Assembly: GCA_963702475.1 (NCBI GenBank)
Contig: CAVPCT010000005.1
Coordinates: 608,001-672,000, forward strand
From: an uncultured Thermoleophilia bacterium
GTDB taxonomy: Bacteria; Actinomycetota; Thermoleophilia; UBA2241
Direction of reading: 5' to 3'
DNA: 64,000 nt
Below, piece after piece: positions 19,118 to 29,305 of this stretch. The translations under genes were made by a program, and so were the position numbers. The notes under the pieces were generated by a model. That model ran no database searches. It had not been told where the DNA came from and saw only the letters and a list, made by a program, of their open reading frames with translations. Within the stretch, counting starts at the first letter, position 1. Each line of letters opens with the position of its first letter.

Positions 19118-19633
19118 GTTCACCCTCCGCTTTGTGCTGGGCCGTCTCCCCGAGACGGACATGGACCTCAGTCGTCGATGCGCTCTACGGGCAAGGTTGC
19201 GACGATGCCCTCATGGATCGGCCGGCCCGGCCGGCTCGGTCTGGACTTCACTCGCAGTGCGGAGTCGGCGCGGGCAGCGGTCCTGAGCGCAATCTCCGAT
19301 GTTCGCAGGGCCGTCCCCGGAGCCGCGCTGGTCGAGGTGACCCCCGACTTGGTCGGCGTAGCGGACCTGGCGTTCATGTTCTCCTGCTCCCGCCAGAACA
19401 TGTGGAAGCTGATCATGGGCAACTGCTCCACAGCTCCTGCCCCCGCCCACGAAGGCAAGTCCTCGCTCTGGCATCTCGGACCACTCCTCCGCTGGCTCGC
19501 ACGCGAGAAGCGGTACTCCGTGGACCCCCGTCTGCTCGACCTGGCCGACGCGACCATGGCCGTCAACCTCGCGCTGGACTCCATCCGCGCGGACCCGGAC
19601 ACCGAACGGGAGCTGCGGAGTCTCGTCGTGTAG
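19104..19633 (+). CDS. HicB-like/AlpA-type HTH DNA-binding antitoxin candidate (frameshifts near 19170-19215)
   Basis: MNDYEFTLRF...DALYGQGCDDAL..IGRPGRLGLDFTRSA...DLVGVADLAFMFSCSRQNMWKL...LWHL. Confidence 0.65.
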
Positions 19634-19812
19634 GGGGTGCTGCCTTTCCACCGGACGTGCACTGATCGCGCGGCCTGGCACACTTGACCCTGTCCGTGAG
19701 TCCGCCGGTCTTGGCCTGTCATCGGCGCGCCGTCTCCCGGCGGCCGGTCCCAGCGCTTTCGGCGCCGCGGCGCGGCAGCTACACTGGCCGCCGGGCCGAA
19801 GTGGAGGACCGG

Positions 19813-20326
19813 ATGCACAAGTCCATCGTCATCGTGGCGGCGCTCGCCGCCGCCCTGCTGCTGGCCGTCGCCTGCGGAAGCGGGAGCGACGGCACGCCGG
19901 CGCCGCAGGCACGGCCGGCGTCGGCGACACCGTGAGCGTCGCCGGAGGCTCCTCCAGCTCGAGATCACGCTCGAGGAGACCAGACGGCTGCCGGCGAGAC
20001 GGTCGGCGGCACGGAGGTCCGGCCGGCCCTGTTCGGGGTCAAGCTCGCCGTCAGGAACCTGACGGGGTCGTTCTACGACGACGCGATCTCACTCTGCGCC
20101 GTGCTCACCGACACGAGCGGCCGCACCCACAACGTCGCGTGGGAGCTCGTCGACGAGAGCGACGAGGAGTTCCGCGACGTGCTCGAGGGCGTCCGCATCC
20201 CGGCGGGCGGCGAGCGGACCGGCTGGGTCTACTTCGCGCTCGCGCCCGAGGCGCGAACCGTCAACGCTGCGCTTCACCGCCGAGGCCGGCTTCGGTCCCG
20301 AGACCGGGGTGTGGTCGCTGGAGTGA
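19813..20326 (+). CDS. DUF4352-like lipoprotein, frameshifted
   Basis: Lipobox LAVAC; FGVKLAVRNL...IPAGGERTGWVYF beta-sandwich pattern. Confidence 0.55.
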
Positions 20327-20340
20327 GACGGGCGCGCCGA

Positions 20341-20676
20341 TCACGGCGCGACGAGCCGTGCCGAACCGCGCGAGCACGGCCGCCGTCAGCTCCGCGGGCA
20401 GCGCGCACGCCAACTCCGCACCGCGCGCCCGCCAGTCCAGGCTCTTCACCTGGTCGGAGAGGACGACGCCGTCGACCGGCAGCGCCTCCGGGACTGCGAC
20501 CTCGAATGGGTATCCCTTCACCCTGCTCGTCAGTGGACAGAGCAGCGCGAGCCCGACCTGCCGTTGTACGCCGCCGGCGAGACGACGAGCCAGGGCCGGC
20601 GGCCTGACTGCTCGTGTCCCGCCACCTCCGGCGTGGCCAGCCAGACGACGTCGCCGCGTTCGGGCACGTACCCCAC
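20341..20676 (-). CDS. mazF: MazF/PemK endoribonuclease toxin (frameshifts)
   Basis: YVPERGDVVWL...GHEQSGRRP.LVVSPAAYN...CPLTSRVKGYPFEV...LSDQVKSLDWRAR. Confidence 0.85.
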
Positions 20677-20677
20677 C

Positions 20678-20920
20678 TCACCAGACCTCGCTGCCGGCCG
20701 CCTGGCCGGCGTCGGTCTCTGCGTGCAGGTTGCCAGGCGTCACGCCTGCCAGCAGGTCCGCCAGCGTCGGTGCCGGGGCGAGGCAGGCTCGAGCCACGAG
20801 CTTGCCGTCGCAGACCCGCAGGTCGACCGCCGAATCCACCACCAGTCCCATCTCCTCCGCAAAGACCTTCGGGATCCTGACCGCGAGGCTGTTGCCCCAG
20901 CGCTGGACCTTGGTTCTCAT
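20678..20920 (-). CDS. mazE: MazE/AbrB-type antitoxin
   Basis: MRTKVQRWGNSLAVRIP...TLADLLAGVTPGNLHAETD...GSEVW. Confidence 0.9.
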   Translation of the reverse strand: MRTKVQRWGNSLAVRIPKVFAEEMGLVVDSAVDLRVCDGKLVARACLAPAPTLADLLAGVTPGNLHAETDAGQAAGSEVW

Positions 20921-20928
20921 ATGACATC

Positions 20929-20963
20929 CTCCCGTTGTCTCGACATTGAGGATACAACGGGAG
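20929..20963. promoter_or_regulatory. Inverted repeat upstream of mazE, probable operator
   Basis: ctcccgttgt-N15-acaacgggag next to the mazE start. Confidence 0.55.
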
Positions 20964-21092
20964 TCCGAGAGCACTGAAACGATGGTAGGGGCGACCTGCT
21001 CCCCGGCGGGAGAGTGACAATGGCGGGCACGACGCCGGCGGTGCGGTCGACGTTGCAGTCGACTCCCTGCGCCTCTGCGGGAGGAGGAGGCC

Positions 21093-21330
21093 GTGAAGTA
21101 CATCATCGCCGTGATCCAGCCCGACAAGCTCGGGGACGTGCTCGAGCAGCTGGAGGAACGGGAGGTCCACGTGGTCACCGTTTCGGACATGATGGGACGC
21201 GAGCGGCAGCGGGCGTCGCCGAGATCTACCGCGGTCACGTGGAGCCGGCGCTCGGGGCCTTCATCCTGGACCTCGAGCAGTGCCCGCGCATCCGCACCGG
21301 TGAGACAGCGAGCGTGGCGATCGGGCAGCG
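21093..21330 (+). pseudogene. P-II nitrogen regulator remnant with an internal deletion
   Basis: MKYIIAVIQPDKL...GR.RQ.GVAEIYRG joins directly to the C-terminal FILDLEQC.RIRTGE; middle missing; AGGAGG RBS. Confidence 0.7.
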
Positions 21331-21514
21331 GAGCGCAGCCGGCCGAGTGGCCGGAGCCTCGAGCGACCGGCCGGGGTCGCCTCGAACGACGAGGCGACCC
21401 CGGCCGGTCTAGCTGGCCATGAGCGCACGCGGCCACGCGGCTCACTGGCATGCGGCCGCCAGTTGACACCGCGGCGCCACACCGGAAGAGTCGGCAGGCC
21501 ATGAGGAGCCGCCC

Positions 21515-22489
21515 GTGATCACCGTCGTCCTGAGCCTGACCGCCGCCGTCGGCTGGGCGTTCCACGACTTCCTCGTCCAGCCGGTGACGCGCAAGGCAGG
21601 CGCGTTCACGGCGATGTTCTGGGTGCTGGCCGCCAGCACGGTCATCCTGATGGCGTTCTCCCTGGCGCTCGGCGGCGTGCCCTCGGGCGGCGCCGAGTGG
21701 AGGGCCGTGGGCATCGCCGCCGTGGGCGGCGTGCTGTACGTGGTGGCCGTAGCCGTGCTGCTGCACGGCCTGCAGGTCGGCAACCTCTCGGTGGTCACGC
21801 CGCTCTGCTCGCTGATGGGCGGCGTGACGGCGCTCGCCGCCGTCCTGCTGGGCGAGCGCGTGGGCACGCTCAGCGCCGTGGCGCTGCCCCTGGCCGTGGC
21901 GGGCGTGCTGCTCACGTCCATCGTGACGCCCGAGGAAGAGGCCGTGGAAGAAGTGGCGCGGACCGGGCGGGCCGGTGGTGCCGAGCCGGCGCAGGGCGAG
22001 CCGGCCGCGGGCGGGGCGGCGGCGAGCACGTCGGCTGAAGCGGCGCCCGGCGCAGCCGGCGCGCCGCGCCGGCTCCGCGCGACCGCCGGCGCCGGCTGGG
22101 GCCTGCTGGCCGCCGTGCTGTTCGGCGCGACCTTCCTCATCTACGGCTACGCCGACGGCATCCCGGCCGTGTCGGCGGCGGCGTGGGGCCGGCTCACCGG
22201 CATGGCCGTGTTCCTGCCGTTCGCGCTGCTGCGGGTGCCGCTCAGGATGCAGCCGCGGCTGTACGTGAGCACCACCGTCGCGGCCTGCCTGGACAGCGTG
22301 GCGTACACGGCCATCGCCGCGGCGCTGGTGATCGGCCCGATCTCGGTGGCCTCGGTGCTCAGCGCGCAGTTCGCCACCATCGCGCTCCTGCTCGGCGTCG
22401 TCGTGCGGCACGAGCGGCTCGCCAAGCACCAGATCGCCGGGCTGGTCTGCACGATCACCGCAGTCACGCTGTTCGCCTTCGCCGCCTGA
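21515..22489 (+). CDS. DMT/EamA family transporter
   Basis: GLQVGNLSVVTPL; ALVIGPISVASVLSAQF...RHERL; Ala/Gly-rich central linker. Confidence 0.87.
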   Translation: MITVVLSLTAAVGWAFHDFLVQPVTRKAGAFTAMFWVLAASTVILMAFSLALGGVPSGGAEWRAVGIAAVGGVLYVVAVAVLLHGLQVGNLSVVTPLCSLMGGVTALAAVLLGERVGTLSAVALPLAVAGVLLTSIVTPEEEAVEEVARTGRAGGAEPAQGEPAAGGAAASTSAEAAPGAAGAPRRLRATAGAGWGLLAAVLFGATFLIYGYADGIPAVSAAAWGRLTGMAVFLPFALLRVPLRMQPRLYVSTTVAACLDSVAYTAIAAALVIGPISVASVLSAQFATIALLLGVVVRHERLAKHQIAGLVCTITAVTLFAFAA

Positions 22490-22573
22490 CGGGCCCCGCG
22501 CCCGCGTCCGGCCCGGCCCGAGGGGCGGCGGCGCGGTCGCCCCGCATCCGCCGCCGCCCGTGCGGTCCACGCG

Positions 22574-24079
22574 CTACTTCACCTTGCTGATGTCGATGTT
22601 GAGCTGCTTGACCTCGGTGAGCTCGTCGAAGCACCAGTCGCTCAGCTCGCGGCCCAGCCCGCTCTTCTTGACGCCGCCGAACGGCGAGAGCTGGTCCCAG
22701 CAGTTGTTGGTCTCGTTGATGAGCACCGTGCCGCACTCGATGCCCTCGCCGAGCAGGAAGGCGGTGCGCAGGCTGCTGGTGAACGCCGCACCCTGCAACC
22801 CGTACGGGGTCTCGTTGGCGATGCGCAGGCACTCGTCCAGGTCCTTGAAGGTCATGATGGGCGCGACCGGACCGAAGGTCTCGTCGCGCGCCATGAGGAA
22901 GTCCGAGGTGACGCCGTCCACCACCGTCACGTCCGCGTACATGCCGTCGATGCTCCCGCCCATGAGGAACGCGCCGCCGCGCTCGCGGGCGTCGTCGAGG
23001 TGCGCCTTGACCTTGGCGACGTTGCCGAAGTTGTTGAGCGGGCCCATGTCGGTGCCCTCGTCCAGCGGGTTGCCGACCTTGACCCGGGCGGCCCGCGCCA
23101 GCAGCTTCTCCACGTACTCGTCGTGCACGGCCTCGTGGACGAGGATGCGCTCCGAGGCCGTGCACACCTGTCCGGCCAGGTAGAAGCAGCCGGTGATGGT
23201 CGCCTCCACGGCCTCCTCGATGTTGGCGTCGTCCATGACCACCAACGGTCCGTTGCCGCCGAGCTCCAGCATCAGCCGCTTGATGCCGGCGATGCGCGTG
23301 AGGCGCTCGCCGGTCACGGTCTCGCCGGTGAAGTGGATGGCGCTCGTGCCGGGGTTGCTCACGAGCTCCTCGCCCACCACCGGTCCGGGGCCCGTGACCA
23401 CGTTGACGGCGCCGGCCGGGAACCCGGCCTCCTCGCAGATCTCGGCGAGCATGAGGGCGCTGAACGGAGTCGTGCTCGCCGGCTTGAGCACGATGGCGTT
23501 GCCGGCCGCCAGCGCGTGCGTGAGGGCGATGTTGGGGATGTCGTGCGGCCAGTTCCAGGGGGAGATGATGCCGACCACGCCCATCGGCTGGCGGATGACG
23601 AGGATGCGCTTGTTCAGCGTGTCTTCCTGGATGGACGGGTTGATCCGGCCGCGGTACCGCTTGATGCCCTCGGCCGCCTCCATGAAGTGCGGGGCCGAGT
23701 AGTCCTCGATCTCGCTGCGCGCCTCGGTGATGGTCTTGCCGCACTCGCGGCAGAGCACGCGCGCGTCGTGCTCGAGGCGCCGGAAGGCGATCTCGCCGGC
23801 CTTGTGCAAGAGGCCGGCGCGCGCCGGTATGGAGAGCGCGGCCATCTCCTTCTGGGCCTTCTTCGCCGCCGCGATGGCCCGGCGCACGTCCTCCTCGGCG
23901 CCCTTGGGTACCGAGCCGATGAGGCTGCCGTCGCCCGGCGACCAGACGTCGGCTCTCTCGCCGCTCGCCGACTCGACCCACTCCCCGCCGACGTACATCT
24001 TGTAGTCCATCGGCGGGTCGGCGGGCGCCGGGTACGGCGTCGGATACGGCCCCGTGACCCTCGCGGTATCTGTCGCCAT
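22574..24079 (-). CDS. NAD(P)-dependent aldehyde dehydrogenase
   Basis: ISPWNWP, KPAS, FTGE, LELGGNGP, AGQVCTA (catalytic Cys), ETFGPV, PFGGVKKSGLGRE. Confidence 0.95.
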   Translation of the reverse strand: MATDTARVTGPYPTPYPAPADPPMDYKMYVGGEWVESASGERADVWSPGDGSLIGSVPKGAEEDVRRAIAAAKKAQKEMAALSIPARAGLLHKAGEIAFRRLEHDARVLCRECGKTITEARSEIEDYSAPHFMEAAEGIKRYRGRINPSIQEDTLNKRILVIRQPMGVVGIISPWNWPHDIPNIALTHALAAGNAIVLKPASTTPFSALMLAEICEEAGFPAGAVNVVTGPGPVVGEELVSNPGTSAIHFTGETVTGERLTRIAGIKRLMLELGGNGPLVVMDDANIEEAVEATITGCFYLAGQVCTASERILVHEAVHDEYVEKLLARAARVKVGNPLDEGTDMGPLNNFGNVAKVKAHLDDARERGGAFLMGGSIDGMYADVTVVDGVTSDFLMARDETFGPVAPIMTFKDLDECLRIANETPYGLQGAAFTSSLRTAFLLGEGIECGTVLINETNNCWDQLSPFGGVKKSGLGRELSDWCFDELTEVKQLNIDISKVK

Positions 24080-24148
24080 GCGTCCCGTCTCCTTCGTCTC
24101 GCGGGTCCGGACACCCGGTCGGGCGCCGGTCGGCCGCGGCGCCGTGCG

Positions 24149-24916
24149 TCACGCTCGGGCGCCGCTCGCCAGTCCTTCGCTCAGGGCGGCGCGCCTGCAC
24201 GCGTCGCACAGGTCGTACTGCTCCTTGGGCAGACCGCCCCGCGCCGCCGTCACGGCGAGCTGGGCGGTCGTCATCAGCGGCGCCCCGCAGCCGGCGCACG
24301 GGACCATCTCCAGCGTGCGTCCCCACACCGTGCGCGTGGTCGCCGTCTCCTCCATCGGGATGCACGCGGTCGGGCACGCGGCGACGCAGGAGCCGCAGCC
24401 CACGCAGCCGAGGGCCGCTGCCTGGCCGAAGGGCGCCCCAACGCGCTTGTGGTCGCCGCGGCCGAGCACCGAGAGCGCGTGGTACCCGAGCATCGCGCAG
24501 GTGCGCACGCAGAGCTCGCAGAGGACGCAGCCCGGCATGGGCGCGTCCGTCACCGGCGGGAACAGCGGCCGGGTCACGCCGAGTCGTTCCGCCAGCAGGC
24601 GCAGCGCCGGCGCGTCGGGCGCGTACGGCAGCAGCAGCTGGAGGTTCATGGCGCGGTGGCGGCGGATGAGCGCGGACTCCGTGACCACCTCCAGCCCCTC
24701 TGACACCGGGTAGTCGCACGAGGTGGTGAGCGCCGGCTCGGCTTCGCCCGGCCGGCGCACCTCCGTCAGACACAAGCGGCACGCCGCGGTGGGCGCGACG
24801 GCCGGGTGGTGGCAGAGGCCGGGCACGTCGCGGCCGGCGGCGCGCGCGACCTCCAGGAGGCTCGCGCCCTCCGCCGCGGTCACCGCGGACCCGTCGATGG
24901 TGAGTCTCACGTCCAT
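24149..24916 (-). CDS. 2Fe-2S/4Fe-4S subunit (HydA N-terminal/HoxU/WorA-like, no catalytic domain)
   Basis: PGLCHH...ACRLCL...TSC; CVLCELCVRTC; CVGCGSCVAACP; C-terminal CxxC...CxxC. Confidence 0.85.
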   Translation of the reverse strand: MDVRLTIDGSAVTAAEGASLLEVARAAGRDVPGLCHHPAVAPTAACRLCLTEVRRPGEAEPALTTSCDYPVSEGLEVVTESALIRRHRAMNLQLLLPYAPDAPALRLLAERLGVTRPLFPPVTDAPMPGCVLCELCVRTCAMLGYHALSVLGRGDHKRVGAPFGQAAALGCVGCGSCVAACPTACIPMEETATTRTVWGRTLEMVPCAGCGAPLMTTAQLAVTAARGGLPKEQYDLCDACRRAALSEGLASGARA

Positions 24917-24926
24917 GGCGTCCCCC

Positions 24927-26780
24927 TCACCTCACGACCACGGCGTCCTGCCGGCACACGTCCCTGCACAGACCGCACTTGATGCAGAGCTCCTGGGCGA
25001 TCGTGTGCGGCAGCTTCTTCTCCCCCGTGATGGCCGCCTGCGGGCAGCTCGTGGCGCACAGCGTGCAGCCGTTGCAGCGCTCCTCATCGATGGTGAACGT
25101 GATGAGCGCGGCGCACACCCCCGCCGGGCAGCGACTCTCGTCCACGTGCGCGAGGTACTCGTCGCGGAAGTGCCGCAGGGTCGAGAGCACCGGGTTGACC
25201 GCCGTCGTGCCCAGCGCGCACAGCGACGTCGTCCGGACCGTCTCGGCGAGGTCCTCTATCAGCGAGACGCTCTCGCGCGTCCCCCGCCCCTCGCAGATGT
25301 CCACGAGCAGCCCGTGCAGGCGGATGAGCCCCTCCCTGCACGAGGTGCAGTTGCCGCACGACTCGGAGGCCAGGAAGCGCACGAAGTGACGGGCCACGTC
25401 CACCATGCACGCGTCCTCGTCCATCACCACCATGCCGCCGGACCCCATCATGGAGCCCTCCGCCACGAGCGTGTCGAAGTCGACCGGCACGTCGAGCCGC
25501 TCCACCGGCAGGCAACCCCCCGAAGGACCGCCGGTCTGCACCGCCTTGAACGCCTTGCCGCCGGGGATGCCGCCGCCGATGCCGAACACGATCTCCCGCA
25601 GCGTCGTGCCCATCGGGACCTCGATGAGCCCGGTGTTGTTCACCTTGCCGACCAGCGAGAAGATCTTGGTGCCCGCCGACCCGGCCGTACCGAGGCCGCG
25701 GTACCGGTCGCCGCCGCCCAGGACGATGTGCGGGACGTTGGCCCACGTCTCCACGTTGTTGACGGTGGTGGGCCTGCCCCACAGGCCGCGCTGCGACGGG
25801 TGGACGAGCCGCCGCCGGGGGACGCCGCGGCGGCCCTCCAGCGACGCCATCATGGCGGTCTCCTCGCCGCACACGAACGCCCCGCCGCCACGCTTGATGC
25901 GCACGTCGAACGACAGGCCGCTGCCGAGGATGTCCTCGCCCAGCAGGCCGGACTCGCGCGCCTGCTCGATGGCGACGCCGAGGTGTTCCACGGCGAGCGG
26001 GTACTCCTGCCGCACGTACACGTACCCCTGGCTCGCGCCGATGGCGTAGGCCCCGATGAGCATGCCCTCCAGCACGCTGTGCGGGTTGCCCTCGAGCACG
26101 GAGCGGTCCATGAAGGCGCCGGGGTCGCCCTCGTCGGCGTTGCACACCACGTACCGCAGGTCGCCGGGCGCGTCGCGGCACGACTCCCACTTGCGCCCCG
26201 TGGGGAAGCCGGCGCCGCCACGCCCTCGCAGCCCCGAGCGCTTGACCTCCTCGAGCACCGCCTCGGGGCCTGTCTCGAACGCCCGGACGAGGGCGGCGTA
26301 GGCCCCGAGCGCGATGGCGTCGTCGATGGCGGTGGGGTCGAGGCGGCCGTTGTCGCGCAGGACGAGGCGCCGCTGGCCGGCGTAGAAGGGGATGCCGGCC
26401 TCGGTGCGGTGCCGCTCGCCGCTGACCGGGTCGACGTACAGCAGGCGCTCCACGACGCCGCCGCCGAGCACGGTGGTCGTGACGATCTCGGCGGCGTCCT
26501 TGGGGCGAACGCGCTGGTAGAGGACACCCTCGGGCGAGACCAGCACCAGCGGCCCGCGCTCGCAGAAGCCGTGGCAGCCGGTGGCCCGCAGCGTGACCTC
26601 GCGGCCCGCGCCGCGGGCCGCGAGGTCGGCACGGAGGGCCTCGTGCACCTGCATGGCGCCCTGCGCCCGGCAACCGGTGCCGCCGCACACGGCGACGCCC
26701 GGGCCCGCCGGGACGGCGTCGGCGAGACGACGACGGTGTCGCTCGAGCGCGGCGGCGTCGGCGAAGCGCACCGCCGTCAC
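24927..26780 (-). CDS. NADH-binding flavoprotein, HydB/NuoF-like
   Basis: CGGTGC...GCHGFCERGP; GRGGAGFPTG; CNADEGDPGAFMDR; AFVCGEET; GGPSGG; ESCGNCTSCREG; C-terminal 2x4Fe-4S. Confidence 0.93.
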   Translation of the reverse strand: MTAVRFADAAALERHRRRLADAVPAGPGVAVCGGTGCRAQGAMQVHEALRADLAARGAGREVTLRATGCHGFCERGPLVLVSPEGVLYQRVRPKDAAEIVTTTVLGGGVVERLLYVDPVSGERHRTEAGIPFYAGQRRLVLRDNGRLDPTAIDDAIALGAYAALVRAFETGPEAVLEEVKRSGLRGRGGAGFPTGRKWESCRDAPGDLRYVVCNADEGDPGAFMDRSVLEGNPHSVLEGMLIGAYAIGASQGYVYVRQEYPLAVEHLGVAIEQARESGLLGEDILGSGLSFDVRIKRGGGAFVCGEETAMMASLEGRRGVPRRRLVHPSQRGLWGRPTTVNNVETWANVPHIVLGGGDRYRGLGTAGSAGTKIFSLVGKVNNTGLIEVPMGTTLREIVFGIGGGIPGGKAFKAVQTGGPSGGCLPVERLDVPVDFDTLVAEGSMMGSGGMVVMDEDACMVDVARHFVRFLASESCGNCTSCREGLIRLHGLLVDICEGRGTRESVSLIEDLAETVRTTSLCALGTTAVNPVLSTLRHFRDEYLAHVDESRCPAGVCAALITFTIDEERCNGCTLCATSCPQAAITGEKKLPHTIAQELCIKCGLCRDVCRQDAVVVR

Positions 26781-27430
26781 TCGGCGTCCTCCGCGGCCCC
26801 GCCGAGCACCCGGGCGACGAGGCGCGAGACCTTCTGCGGCGTCGCGTGCCCGTGGTACTCGCCGTCGAGGATGACCAGCGGCCCCAAGGCGCAGGCGCCC
26901 ACGCAGTTGACCTCCTCGACGGTCAGGGACAGGTCGGCCGCCGTGTCGCCGGGGGCGACCCCCGTGTCGCGCTCGAGCTGCTCGAGCAGCCGCACTGCAC
27001 CGCGCACGTGGCAGGCGGTGCCCATGCACACCGTGCACGTGTGCTCGCCGCGCGGCTCCATGTGGAAGCCATGGTAGAAGCTGGCCACGCCGTACACCTG
27101 CGTGCGCGGCAGGCCCAGGTGCTGCGCCGCCTGCCGCAGGGCTGGCTCCGGCAAGTACCGGAACTCGGCCTGGATGTCGTGCAGCACGTCCACCAGGCCG
27201 CCCGGATCGCCGCGCGGGTACGCACGCAGCAGCGCGGCGACTCGGCGCGCGTCCGAGAGTGGCGGCTCCGCCGTCGGACCCGCGTCCGCGGGCGACGCGC
27301 CGGCCGCCCGGTCCGCCCCGTCTGGCGGAAGACCGGCCGGACCCGCGTCACGCGACGGCTCGCCGGCCGGCGCGGCGGGCGGAGGCGGTGCCTGCGCCGC
27401 CCGCCGCGCCGGCCTGTCCCTCTCCGTCAT
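26777..27430 (-). CDS. HydC/NuoE-like 2Fe-2S subunit
   Basis: VYGVASFY, VCMGTACHVRGA, VNCVGACALGP. Confidence 0.92.
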   Translation of the reverse strand: MTERDRPARRAAQAPPPPAAPAGEPSRDAGPAGLPPDGADRAAGASPADAGPTAEPPLSDARRVAALLRAYPRGDPGGLVDVLHDIQAEFRYLPEPALRQAAQHLGLPRTQVYGVASFYHGFHMEPRGEHTCTVCMGTACHVRGAVRLLEQLERDTGVAPGDTAADLSLTVEEVNCVGACALGPLVILDGEYHGHATPQKVSRLVARVLGGAAEDAE

Positions 27431-27434
27431 CGCC

Positions 27435-29303
27435 TCACAGCCTCGCCAGGTCGGCCTCGAGCCCCAGCTCTGCCGCCTTCGCAGGCGTCAGGTCGCCGCG
27501 CTCGTCCCACCCCCTGAAGGCGTAGTACGGCGGCAGCATCTCGCCGAGGTGCACCACGTAGCCCTTGCCGGGCCCGTCGGGGAGCGGCTCCTCGAGCATG
27601 CGCGGCGGCAGGGTGTCCTCGGACGCCGCCACGCCGGCGCGGCGGTTGAACAGCACCTCCAGGTTGAAGATCCGCGCGCCGATGCGCAGCAGGCCCTGGT
27701 GGCCGCCCATGTCCATGCCGGTGGCGGCCTCGATGAGATCGCGCAGCTGGTTCTCGTCCATGCCCAGGTAGAACATGAAGTTGCAGAGGCCGCCGGAGTC
27801 GATCAGCCGGAACCAGTCCTGCAGCTCCGCGACGAGCTCGGGCTGGTCCTCCCAGCTCAGCGGGTCGAGCGGCTGCTCCCAGCCGCGATCCTTCATCAGG
27901 TTCCAGTGCGTCACCGAGTAGATGGAGACGTCCTGCGCCTCGCCGCGGATGTGACAGCCGCCGCGCGGCTCGGTCGCGTACGCCAGGCCCATGCTCTGGA
28001 TGGCGCGCGGGTCGTAGCTCGCGAACTCCTGCTTCTTCGCGCTCATGGAATACTCCGGGTGGCCATAGTGCTCGGCCAGGCGGTAGCTGCCCTCGGCGAG
28101 CAGGTCGCCGAACCCCTCGCGCCTCGCCGTCATCTGCGTGAGCTTCACCATCGCCTCGGCGTCGCCGAACGGAAGCGCGAAGCCGATGTCCTCCCTGGGG
28201 ATGAGCCCGAGCTCGTACAGCTCCATGGCGCAGGCGATGGTGGCGCCCATGGTGATGGTGTCGATGCCCTCGCGGTTGCAGATGAAGTTGGCCTGCGTCA
28301 CCGCCTCCAGGTCGTTGGTGTAGCAGCTCGACCCCAGCATACCGATGGTCTCGTACTCGGGACCGGCGCCCACCGCGTAGTCGCCGCCGCTCGCCTTGGA
28401 GATGCGGCCGCAGGCCACCGGACAGGCGGGACAACCCATGCCCATGCGCTTGCGCACCGACTGCACCTCGGCGAGGCGTTCGCCGGAGATGTCCTCGTGG
28501 AAGTCGTTGGTGCCGAAGCGGAAGTTCTTGGTGGGCAGCCCGCCGTAGGAGTTGACCAACTCGAGCACGCCGGGGGTGCCGTGCTTGTGGAAGTGGTCGA
28601 TGTACGGGTCGGTGAGGGACTCGTAGCTGGCCCGCGTGGTCTCGAGGAAGCGCGCCTTGTCGGCGATCTTCACGCCGCCGGTGCCGCGCACGGCGATGGC
28701 CTTGAGCTTCTTGGAGCCCATCACCGCGCCCACGCCGGAACGGCCGGCGGCGCGGCCCAGGTCGTTGATGACGCACGCGTAGCGCACGAGCCTCTCCCCC
28801 GCCGGCCCGATGCAACTCACCTTGGCGTCGGGGGCGGTGGCGGCGATCACGGCGTGCTCGGTCTCCTCGGTGTCGAGGCCCCACACGCCGGCGGCGTCGC
28901 GGACGCTGACGGCGCCGTCGTCGATGTACACGTACACCGGCTTCTTCGCCGCGCCCTCGACGACGACCATGTCGTAGCCGGCGAACTTGATGGCCTGCGC
29001 GAACTCACCGGCGGCGTTGGAGTTGGCGATGCCGCCGGTGAGCGGCGACTTGGTCACGAGCATGTACCTGTTGCCCGCCGGCCCCCCGGTGCCCGTGAGC
29101 GGGCCGGTGGCGAAGAACAGCTTGTTGGCGGGGTCGAGGGCGTCGATCGCCGGGTCGACCTCGTCGTACAGGTACCTGGCGCCCAGGCCGAGGCCGCCGA
29201 TGTACTGCTCGGCCACGCTGCGCTCGAGGTCCTCGACGGAGGACGTGCCCGCGGTGAGGTCGATCCTGAGGACCTTGCCGGTCCAGCCGGTCCATGCGGT
29301 CAT
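27435..29303 (-). CDS. Aldehyde:ferredoxin oxidoreductase-family W/Mo enzyme (AOR1)
   Basis: KSPLTG, AAGRSGVGAVMGSKKLKAI, CPACPVAC, GPEYET, DTITMG, RGGCH, DSGGLC. Confidence 0.93.
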   Translation of the reverse strand: MTAWTGWTGKVLRIDLTAGTSSVEDLERSVAEQYIGGLGLGARYLYDEVDPAIDALDPANKLFFATGPLTGTGGPAGNRYMLVTKSPLTGGIANSNAAGEFAQAIKFAGYDMVVVEGAAKKPVYVYIDDGAVSVRDAAGVWGLDTEETEHAVIAATAPDAKVSCIGPAGERLVRYACVINDLGRAAGRSGVGAVMGSKKLKAIAVRGTGGVKIADKARFLETTRASYESLTDPYIDHFHKHGTPGVLELVNSYGGLPTKNFRFGTNDFHEDISGERLAEVQSVRKRMGMGCPACPVACGRISKASGGDYAVGAGPEYETIGMLGSSCYTNDLEAVTQANFICNREGIDTITMGATIACAMELYELGLIPREDIGFALPFGDAEAMVKLTQMTARREGFGDLLAEGSYRLAEHYGHPEYSMSAKKQEFASYDPRAIQSMGLAYATEPRGGCHIRGEAQDVSIYSVTHWNLMKDRGWEQPLDPLSWEDQPELVAELQDWFRLIDSGGLCNFMFYLGMDENQLRDLIEAATGMDMGGHQGLLRIGARIFNLEVLFNRRAGVAASEDTLPPRMLEEPLPDGPGKGYVVHLGEMLPPYYAFRGWDERGDLTPAKAAELGLEADLARL

Positions 29304-29305
29304 CG

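Noticed and set aside
8400-21480. Integrative element or prophage with att sites
   Set aside because: No integrase, transposase, tRNA or convincing flanking direct repeat seen; called an accessory island only.
24149-27430. Complex I nuoEFG or [FeFe]-hydrogenase
   Set aside because: No other nuo genes and no H-cluster domain; the context indicates an AOR-associated diaphorase module.
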